The notes under the pieces were generated by a model. The model ran no database searches. It saw nothing but the letters and a program-made list of their open reading frames with translations, and was not told the origin of the DNA. From Opitutales bacterium (lineage in GTDB: Bacteria; Verrucomicrobiota; Verrucomicrobiia; Opitutales; PNEW01): a DNA stretch of 32,000 nt. Made by a program: the position numbers and the translations under genes. The DNA is taken from contig CBDCNV010000001.1 of the NCBI GenBank assembly GCA_965219535.1, positions 1,680,001-1,712,000 on the forward strand. The letters are read 5' to 3'. The first letter of the stretch is position 1. Every line of letters begins with the position of its first letter. This document shows, piece by piece, positions 25,285-32,000 of the stretch.

Positions 25285-25548
25285 TATCTCTAATTGTTTC
25301 TTAATTCGCGGTGCCTGATTCAGCTGTTCTTGAAATTCATCAATACTGAAATCCGCGACTACAAAGTCACCATAAACAAATGTAGGTGTGAGGCTTTGTC
25401 CGCTAACTTCGATTAAGCGATGCATGTCCTGGATGTTTTGGTGTACATCTTTCAACTCTAATTTGATACCAAGGTCTCCGAAAAATGACAGCGCCTCGCT
25501 GCACCAGGGACATCCCTCTTTGATATATAATACAGGTTTTATTTCCAT
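25282..25548 (-). CDS. Glutaredoxin-family / thioredoxin-fold small protein (CPWC active site)
   Basis: 88 aa. YIKEGCPWCSEALSFF (CxxC at the end of beta1), then ...TPTFVYGD... in the position of the cis-Pro loop region of Grx-like proteins. Confidence 0.8.
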   Translation of the reverse strand: MEIKPVLYIKEGCPWCSEALSFFGDLGIKLELKDVHQNIQDMHRLIEVSGQSLTPTFVYGDFVVADFSIDEFQEQLNQAPRIKKQLEI

Positions 25549-25760
25549 CGTAATGAATAAATACCATGGGATATTAGGCTAAAGAATGGGCTACTCATGC
25601 TTGGGGTTGAAGATGTGTTTATTAATTGTCGACTTAAACTATATGATCCATCGATGTAAATATAAGATTTATTGATTAACTCAGAATGATATAATTTAAG
25701 AGTCTTAATATTGAAAAATCAGTCGAAATGATTGACGATAGCACGTAAATTTAGATTTGG

Positions 25761-28643
25761 ATGCAAGAAAACGATAAGAGCAGTGATAATATTTATATTA
25801 AAGGGGCGCGGGAACATAATTTAAAGAATATCGAGTTACGCATCCCCCGAGGACAACTGGTAGTCATCACTGGAGTAAGTGGATCCGGGAAGTCTACATT
25901 AGCATTTGATACAATATATGCTGAAGGGCATCGCAAATATATCGATAGCCTTTCTCCAAAAGCGAGACAGATTCTCGATCAGATTCCGCGTCCGGATGTA
26001 GATTATATTCACGGTCTATCTCCAGTTATTGCCATCGAGCAGCGTAGTGGAGGGGGGGCAAATCCTCGTGCTACAGTAGCGACGGTTACAGAAATTGCTG
26101 ATTATGCTCGATTGCTCTGGGCTGTGTGCGGTGATTCTTTCTGCCCGAAGGACGGTGGAGCGATAGCCCGGCGTTCTGTGGATGATTGTATAAACCGCAT
26201 CTATCAAGAGCCAAGGGGCAGCCGCATAATGATTCTCGCCCACAATATCAAAGCTAAACCAGCCATTCTGCGTGAGGAGCTTCCACGCATACGTCAACGC
26301 GGATATCAACGTGTGCGAATTGATGGTGAAATAAAAGACCTTGATGATACTGATCTTATCGATTCCAGAGCAAAGGAAATTACGGTTGAGATTGTTGTCG
26401 ATCGTGTCGTCCTGGAAACAGATCAACGCAGTCGCATTGCGGATTCACTCGAATTGGCCTTTCGTGAAGGTAAAGACAGTGCGATAATACTCATTGCGAA
26501 AGAAGATTCACAGTGGGCGGAATTTACGGTGAGCCAGCACTTCTCATGTGAGAGTTGTGGGACTGTATACGATCCTATTACTCCAAGACATTTTTCTTAC
26601 AACCATCCAGAAGGAGCATGCCCTGGTTGTGGCGGACTTGGGCAAACTTTGCAATTTAAGGATGAACTGATCGTACCGGACCCTGACAAATCAGTAAAAA
26701 ATGGCGCGATCAAACCTTGGAGACTGGGATCTAAACGCATGATTATCCGGCGTAATGCTATCCTCAAACAGCTTGCCGAACAATTACCGTATGACCCTAA
26801 AGTCCCCTGGAAAGATCTGCCGGAGATTGTTCGAGAGGCTCTTCTGCATGGTACCGGCGAGCGGTTATTCAGTTTCAAGCTATCCGGTGGCAATCGCAAG
26901 GCAGAGATTATGCCATTTGGGGGTGTTATTGAAGATCTAATAAAAACGCGATCTGAAACCAGTAGTGACGGTCTTAGGGCGAGGCTAATGGCCTACCAGA
27001 TTGGATCCCTGTGTCCGAGTTGCAGGGGCAAACGTTTATCGCCCCTTAGCTTGATGGTAAGAGTAAATAATACTGGATTCGCAGATTTTATGTCCTTATC
27101 GATCAGTGAGGCATTGGGTTTCATTCGCAGCTCGGGTGGAAAAAAAGATATATATAACAAAGTGGCTGACGCCCTGGACGGATTAGAACAAAGGCTTCAT
27201 TTTCTTAACGAAGTAGGGTTGAATTATATTAATTTAGATCGCGATTACTCAAGTTTGAGTGGTGGTGAGGCCCAGCGCACACGATTAGCTACTCAATTAG
27301 GTATGGGCTTAGTCGGGGTCGTTTATGTTCTCGATGAACCGACGATCGGTCTTCATCCTCACGATCTGCAAAAGCTGCTGAATACACTCTTTGATCTGCG
27401 TAATCGTGGAAACGTGGTTATCGTAGTCGAACACGACGAAACAACGATTCGCAGTGCAGACTATCTCATAGAGTTAGGTCCAGGGGCTGGAGCGGATGGG
27501 GGTCAACTTATCTATCACGGCCCGACAAATGACGCTGGAAATGATAAAAACTCACGGATTGGGCTCTATTTAAAGGGCGAAATTGGCATACAAAAGAATG
27601 CACAGAAGCTAAATCCGAGGGGTGGTCATTTGACGATCAATGGAGCAGTTCATCACAACTTAAAATCAATTGATGCGACATTTCCAATCGGAATGCTGTG
27701 TTGCGTAACCGGGGTATCCGGATCTGGAAAGAGCACCCTGGTAAACGATATCCTGGCCAATGCGGCCTCCTTTAAACTTCATCGCGCAAAGACAATTCCA
27801 GGCGCTCATAAAGAGATTACAGGTTTGGATGATTTTCAATCTGTGGTACGGGTTAACCAAGATCCCATTGGGCGAACTCCGCGATCCAATCCAGCAACCT
27901 ACACTAAATTGTTTGATCTACTTCGACAACTCTTTGCACAATGTCCGCTTGCTAAAGTGAGGGGCTATAAGCCGAGTCGTTTCAGTTTTAACGTGCGCGG
28001 AGGACGTTGTGAGCGCTGCAAAGGTGATGGCTTGATGAAGCTCGATATGCAGTTTTTAAGCGATGTCTATGTGGAATGTACGAGTTGCCTTGGGCGACGT
28101 TACAATCGTGAGACACTGGATGTTCGATTCAAAGGGTATAACATCGCTGAAATACTTGAAATGACCGTTGATGAAGCGATTCTCTTATTTCGCTATCAAC
28201 CCCGGATTATGGACAAGCTGAATACCCTACAGGCGGTTGGCTTGGGCTATATCAAGCTTGGGCAAGCGGCAAATACGCTTTCGGGTGGGGAGGCACAAAG
28301 AATCAAGCTTTCACTTGAGTTGAGTAAACGTGAACAGGGCAATACACTTTATATTCTGGATGAACCGACAACAGGATTGCATTGGGATGATGTCCAGAAG
28401 CTGATGGACCTTCTCTTTAGATTACGGGACGCAGGTAATACAATTATAATCATTGAGCACAATCTCGATGTCATAAACCTTGCCGATTGGATAATCGACC
28501 TTGGCCCCGGTGGTGGTGATAAGGGCGGCGAGATCGTTTATACAGGCCCACGAAGTAATATCACAAAACATAAGCAATCGTTAACCGCAATTTGCTTAAA
28601 CAAGTATTTAGAGGGGAAACAGGATACTCTGATCCAGCAATAG
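25761..28643 (+). CDS. uvrA: Excinuclease ABC subunit A
   Basis: 960 aa. [10 protein letters not shown]. Two Walker A motifs [10 protein letters not shown]. Two ABC signatures [12 protein letters not shown] / [12 protein letters not shown]. Zinc modules CESCG...CPGCGGLG and CERCKGDG...CTSCLGRRY. Confidence 0.97.
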   Translation: MQENDKSSDNIYIKGAREHNLKNIELRIPRGQLVVITGVSGSGKSTLAFDTIYAEGHRKYIDSLSPKARQILDQIPRPDVDYIHGLSPVIAIEQRSGGGANPRATVATVTEIADYARLLWAVCGDSFCPKDGGAIARRSVDDCINRIYQEPRGSRIMILAHNIKAKPAILREELPRIRQRGYQRVRIDGEIKDLDDTDLIDSRAKEITVEIVVDRVVLETDQRSRIADSLELAFREGKDSAIILIAKEDSQWAEFTVSQHFSCESCGTVYDPITPRHFSYNHPEGACPGCGGLGQTLQFKDELIVPDPDKSVKNGAIKPWRLGSKRMIIRRNAILKQLAEQLPYDPKVPWKDLPEIVREALLHGTGERLFSFKLSGGNRKAEIMPFGGVIEDLIKTRSETSSDGLRARLMAYQIGSLCPSCRGKRLSPLSLMVRVNNTGFADFMSLSISEALGFIRSSGGKKDIYNKVADALDGLEQRLHFLNEVGLNYINLDRDYSSLSGGEAQRTRLATQLGMGLVGVVYVLDEPTIGLHPHDLQKLLNTLFDLRNRGNVVIVVEHDETTIRSADYLIELGPGAGADGGQLIYHGPTNDAGNDKNSRIGLYLKGEIGIQKNAQKLNPRGGHLTINGAVHHNLKSIDATFPIGMLCCVTGVSGSGKSTLVNDILANAASFKLHRAKTIPGAHKEITGLDDFQSVVRVNQDPIGRTPRSNPATYTKLFDLLRQLFAQCPLAKVRGYKPSRFSFNVRGGRCERCKGDGLMKLDMQFLSDVYVECTSCLGRRYNRETLDVRFKGYNIAEILEMTVDEAILLFRYQPRIMDKLNTLQAVGLGYIKLGQAANTLSGGEAQRIKLSLELSKREQGNTLYILDEPTTGLHWDDVQKLMDLLFRLRDAGNTIIIIEHNLDVINLADWIIDLGPGGGDKGGEIVYTGPRSNITKHKQSLTAICLNKYLEGKQDTLIQQ

Positions 28644-28677
28644 CAATCTATTGTAAGGGAATATCGAAGGAGACAGA

Positions 28678-29127
28678 TTAATTCTGTTGTTTGAGGATCC
28701 CCTCTAAAACCTCAGTCATGTCCTCGGCTTCATTGAGCACTTTTTGCGCTACCATGATAGGCTTTTTACACTGAACAGCAAGGACCATGGAATCACTGGG
28801 GCGAGAGTCGATTTCAACTAGTTTCGTCCCTAATTCATTCTGCATTTTTAATATAATGCGGGCATAATAAAACTCTTTGTTGAATTCATTTATAACTACG
28901 CGATCTAATTCAATACCGAAACCTTGGAAAATATTTCCTATGAGGTCATGGGTTAGTGGGCGCGTTTTTTTTTCATCATTAATAGCCATGGAGATGGCCT
29001 TACCGATATGAGCCTCCACATGAATGTGGAAAGTTTTATTTTCTGGCCCTAAGAAAATAGCACAGCCATTGGAATTAGCAGTGGGTACAACGGCCTTAAT
29101 ACTAACTTCTACAACATCATTCTGCAT
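28678..29127 (-). CDS. Bifunctional nuclease family protein (DUF151 / BFN domain)
   Basis: 149 aa. ...IFLGPENKTFHIHVEAHIGKAISMAI...TRPLTHDLIGNIF...YYARIIL...IDSRPSDSMVLAV... matches the conserved DUF151 layout (RP-THDL, D-RPSD). Confidence 0.85.
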   Translation of the reverse strand: MQNDVVEVSIKAVVPTANSNGCAIFLGPENKTFHIHVEAHIGKAISMAINDEKKTRPLTHDLIGNIFQGFGIELDRVVINEFNKEFYYARIILKMQNELGTKLVEIDSRPSDSMVLAVQCKKPIMVAQKVLNEAEDMTEVLEGILKQQN

Positions 29128-29250
29128 TTTTTAAAAACTGTGCATTAATATGATTTACGCAAGTCAATTACCCATATTGTTGAATTGCGAAAACTGGTAA
29201 AAATGTTGTCACTTGTACAACAGGTGGGGCATAAAATCTATATTTGTAAT

Positions 29251-30138
29251 TTACTTTAATCGAAACTCCAAGCGTTGGATGAGAGTTTCGATAAATGTAG
29301 TATCAGCATCTAATTGGGATAGATGTTCGATGGCAGATCCGGTAAGTTCCTTAGCTTTAGCACGGGAATGATCTAATCCATGCAGTTTAACATAGGTGTT
29401 TTTTTCATTTATCATGTCAGCTCCAGCCGTTTTACCAAGTGTTGATGTATCACTTGTTGCGTCCAGTACATCGTCGATGATTTGATAGGCCAGACCAAGA
29501 TTACGACCGACCGTGCGTATAGAATGATGGGTAGCTTGATTTGCCGTCGTCGTATAAACTCCCATCATTAGTGAAGAGGTAAATAAGGCCGCGGTCTTGT
29601 TCAGGTGGATAAAATCTATTTGTTCGGCGGTGTAATCATTTTTTTCGCCGAGGATATCTTCCATCTGTCCCCCGATTAATTTACGGCTACCGGCCGCGTC
29701 TCCTAATTCATGAATGAGGGAAGTAGCTATTTCAGGTAGATCTCGATAAGAATCTGCCAACAACCATAAAGCGTGAGTGAGGAGAGCATCGCCGGCCAAT
29801 ACCGCTGTAGCTTCGTCATACTGAACGTGGCATGTAGCGCGACCACGGCGTAAATCGCTGTCATCCATACTGGGAAGGTCGTCGTGAATGAGTGAGTATG
29901 TGTGCAAACATTCTACGGCAACCGCGGCCGGGATGGGATCAGCTAAAGTTGGATAGAGACTATTACCGGCGAGGACAAGAACAGGTCGAATTAATTTTCC
30001 ACCGCCTTCCAGGCTGTATCGCATCGCCTCATGTAATCGAGGGGGTCGATCATTGGCGGTGGGCAGATAACGGTTTATTCCTTTTCTCGCCAATTCACTA
30101 TAGTGATCAAGCATGGATTCAAATTCTAAATCATTCAT
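29251..30138 (-). CDS. ispA: (2E,6E)-farnesyl diphosphate synthase type polyprenyl synthetase
   Basis: First Asp-rich motif with the bacterial type-II insertion, ECLHTYSLIHDDLPSMDDSDLRRG, nearly collinear with E. coli IspA. Tyr at -5 favours a short (C15) product. Second motif QIIDDVLD. Start set to ATG 30138 (MNDLEFESML); the track start 30189 is a non-ATG extension. A C20 product cannot be excluded. Confidence 0.85.
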   Translation of the reverse strand: MNDLEFESMLDHYSELARKGINRYLPTANDRPPRLHEAMRYSLEGGGKLIRPVLVLAGNSLYPTLADPIPAAVAVECLHTYSLIHDDLPSMDDSDLRRGRATCHVQYDEATAVLAGDALLTHALWLLADSYRDLPEIATSLIHELGDAAGSRKLIGGQMEDILGEKNDYTAEQIDFIHLNKTAALFTSSLMMGVYTTTANQATHHSIRTVGRNLGLAYQIIDDVLDATSDTSTLGKTAGADMINEKNTYVKLHGLDHSRAKAKELTGSAIEHLSQLDADTTFIETLIQRLEFRLK

Positions 30139-30382
30139 AATCTTATCTGAAATTATTCGCTTAAGACTAATAAGTAAAAAATAACGCAATTAACATTTAT
30201 TCTCCTCGTCCCAGTTTTACTTCTTTGCAATGATAAGGGGAGCTGTCAGACGTCACGTTGTATGGGTTTCCTTTTTTCCTTGGCTTTTATTAGATTTTAG
30301 AATACCAAAAATAGTGTTTTTTTTAAGATGGAAAAAGGGGCGGATCAAAGGCCAATAAATAGAAGATGTATTTATTGATAGG

Positions 30383-30700
30383 ATGCCGACATACGAATAT
30401 AATTGTAAATTTTGCGGTGAAGAAATCGAAGTATTTCAATCTATCGTTGCTAAACCGCTCGTAAAATGTCCAGCTTGTAATCGGCGGGGATTAGTGCGTC
30501 AAATCGGATCAGGAGCTGGTATTATTTTTAAAGGCAGTGGTTTTTATCAAACGGATTATAAGAATAACGGGGATTCAAATAGAGAATCAGAATCAGCTTC
30601 TAAGAGTGACAAACAGGCGGACAAGTCTAAAGATTCAAAAGAGTCGAAAGAGAAAGTAACGACTCCACCGGCGAAATCAGAAAAACAGAGTAAAGAATAA
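30383..30700 (+). CDS. FmdB-family zinc-ribbon protein with a K/S/E-rich C-terminal tail
   Basis: MPTYEYNCKFCGEEIEVFQSI...KCPACN...GSGFY is the canonical FmdB/CxxC-CxxC N-terminal module. The tail is low-complexity (SKSDKQADKSKDSKESKEK). Confidence 0.85.
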   Translation: MPTYEYNCKFCGEEIEVFQSIVAKPLVKCPACNRRGLVRQIGSGAGIIFKGSGFYQTDYKNNGDSNRESESASKSDKQADKSKDSKESKEKVTTPPAKSEKQSKE

Positions 30701-30712
30701 ACGATAAATTTT

Positions 30713-31387
30713 ATGGCAAAGCAAACAGAAGAATACGACCCCAGTCTAATTGGTATTATTCTTACGGCAGTTTTAGGGAGTCTTTTAGGATTACTTCTAG
30801 CCGGGATAAACACTGCTTTTTTACCTATTAAAACGGTAAAAGAACTTCCTGCACTGGAAGATCGCGAGAAAAAAATGGTTTACTATGTCCCCGGAGATGA
30901 GAAGGGAGGTAGTACTTGGAAAGCTAAATCGAGAGCTTATATGCAACAAAGTGCTGGAACTTTAATCCTTACTGAGGGAGAACTGAATTCCTGGTCTCGC
31001 AATTCATTTAAACCTGATCCCAGCAATAAAGATGAAGGGGGGCTTCTTGGTTTTAAATTGAAATTAACCGCACCGAATTTCAGGATTTCCGATGGTGAAT
31101 TTCAAATATCGGCAAAAATGGATGTATCCGTAATGGGAAAGAGTGGCAGTATTATATGTCAGTCAACCGGTTCATTTTATAACATGGGCGGTTCTTATAC
31201 ATACCATGCAGATACTGGATTCCTGGGATCTTGTCCTATCCCCACCATAGCTGATCTTCCGAACCGCATATTTAATCTTTTGGGGAGAGGTTTTTTGGAA
31301 AGTGAGGCATCTGATGAGCTAAGTGGTCCCTGGAATCAATTGAATGATGTTTTGGTCGAAGGGAATCGATTAAAACTGGTGAGATAA
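30713..31387 (+). CDS. Hypothetical membrane-anchored protein (224 aa), family not recognised
   Basis: ATG start 12 nt after the FmdB stop. One N-terminal TM helix (LIGIILTAVLGSLLGLLLAGI), then a Gly/Ser-rich, probably beta-rich extracytoplasmic domain. No motif recognised. Confidence 0.75.
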   Translation: MAKQTEEYDPSLIGIILTAVLGSLLGLLLAGINTAFLPIKTVKELPALEDREKKMVYYVPGDEKGGSTWKAKSRAYMQQSAGTLILTEGELNSWSRNSFKPDPSNKDEGGLLGFKLKLTAPNFRISDGEFQISAKMDVSVMGKSGSIICQSTGSFYNMGGSYTYHADTGFLGSCPIPTIADLPNRIFNLLGRGFLESEASDELSGPWNQLNDVLVEGNRLKLVR

Positions 31388-31477
31388 GTGAGACGGCATA
31401 AGCTGGTTCTAATTACCAGATAGAGACAAAAAATTTACCTGCGATTCTCTCGTTAAAAAGTGAGCTTAAAAAAAAGC

Positions 31478-32000
31478 TTACAATAAGAGCCAAGTTCCCA
31501 AGCTTAGAAATATAAAAAATCCGGCTACGTCAGACACGGCGGTAAGAAAAATTGATGAACTTTGGGCGGGGTCTAAATTAATCTTGCGCAAGAGTAAGGG
31601 TATGAGTGCGCCTAAAAGGCAGGCTAAACCCATATTCAGGATTAGTGCGATAATTATGATTAAGGCGATGCCCAAACTATGCGTAACAAAGTAAACGGGA
31701 AAGGCAGCAATGATTCCAACCACCGTACCATTGATTAAGCCTTTAGACGACTCCCTGAGACAGAGTTTTAATTGGTCGTCACTATTCACTTCGCCAAGGG
31801 CCATACTCCGTATAGCTACGGCTGGTGTTTGAGTACCGGCATTGCCTCCCAGGCTGGCAATTACGGGCATAAATACCGCCAATAAAGTGAGTTGTTTAAT
31901 TTGATTTTGAAATAAAAAAATGATTCCTGCGGCCATGAACGCGGTCAATAAATTCACTTGTAACCAGGGATGTCTCTTCCCCAGGCTGTATGATATTTTA
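31478..32000 (-). CDS. mgtE: Magnesium transporter MgtE, C-terminal membrane domain only (5' end beyond the window)
   Basis: FMPVIASLGGNAGTQ and the preceding RHPWLQVNLLTAFMAAGII match the MgtE TM domain. The minus-strand frame stays open from 31957 to base 32000, so the GTG at 31957 is internal. Confidence 0.92.
   Translation of the reverse strand, partial: KISYSLGKRHPWLQVNLLTAFMAAGIIFLFQNQIKQLTLLAVFMPVIASLGGNAGTQTPAVAIRSMALGEVNSDDQLKLCLRESSKGLINGTVVGIIAAFPVYFVTHSLGIALIIIIALILNMGLACLLGALIPLLLRKINLDPAQSSSIFLTAVSDVAGFFIFLSLGTWLLL

Noticed and set aside
25549-25760. SOS/LexA operator upstream of uvrA
   Set aside because: I found neither a CTGT-N8-ACAG, GAAC-N4-GTTC nor TGTTC-N4-GAACA-type palindrome. 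Only trivial 3-6 bp palindromes (for example GTCGAC) are present.
1-32000. CRISPR arrays, IS elements, integrases, prophage or defence-island genes
   Set aside because: No spacer-repeat periodicity, no terminal inverted repeats flanking a transposase-like ORF, and no recombinase, nuclease-helicase or toxin-like ORFs were seen. Every ORF above about 140 aa is accounted for by the features listed.

Overview
The window holds about 28 densely packed, mostly housekeeping protein-coding genes from a moderately AT-rich bacterium. It is probably a diderm, since it encodes Kdo transferase, a LolA-like lipoprotein and SecG. Phylum cannot be fixed without a database search. The near-absence of Shine-Dalgarno motifs and a histone-H1-like protein would fit a PVC/Verrucomicrobiota-like or Bacteroidota-like lineage, but that is inference.

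Recognisable genes, in order:
- enolase-superfamily enzyme (5' partial)
- waaA, then a secreted M16 zinc peptidase
- SleB-like cell-wall hydrolase and an SPFH/band-7 protein
- sufS-sufU
- a 776-aa orphan membrane-anchored helical protein
- a stand-alone cNMP-binding protein followed by a CPBP intramembrane protease
- MFS transporter
- AsnC/Lrp regulator, aminotransferase and der as a coupled string, then fmt
- LysM coiled-coil protein followed by parB (no parA), then secG
- LolA-like lipoprotein and an orphan sugar-type ABC ATPase
- a (AAKKK)n histone-H1-like gene
- icd, a glutaredoxin-like protein, uvrA
- DUF151 bifunctional nuclease, ispA
- FmdB zinc-ribbon protein followed by a TM protein of unknown function
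- mgtE (5' partial, minus strand)

I found no rRNA, tRNA, CRISPR array, transposase/integrase or recognisable defence system.

The least ordinary locus is the ~1.26-kb AT-rich, repeat- and hairpin-rich island at 22718-23976. It carries only the H1-like gene. That gene has a 1-nt indel in its third 45-nt repeat unit, so two alternative basic C-termini are possible. It is followed by about 150 nt of stacked hairpins ending in a strong intrinsic terminator.

Other points worth a second look are parB without parA, the cNMP-sensor/CPBP protease pair, the 776-aa orphan, and a short GTGTAAAT/GGTAA motif recurring in three intergenic regions. None of these is demonstrably a new system from sequence alone. 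All motif scans were done by eye.
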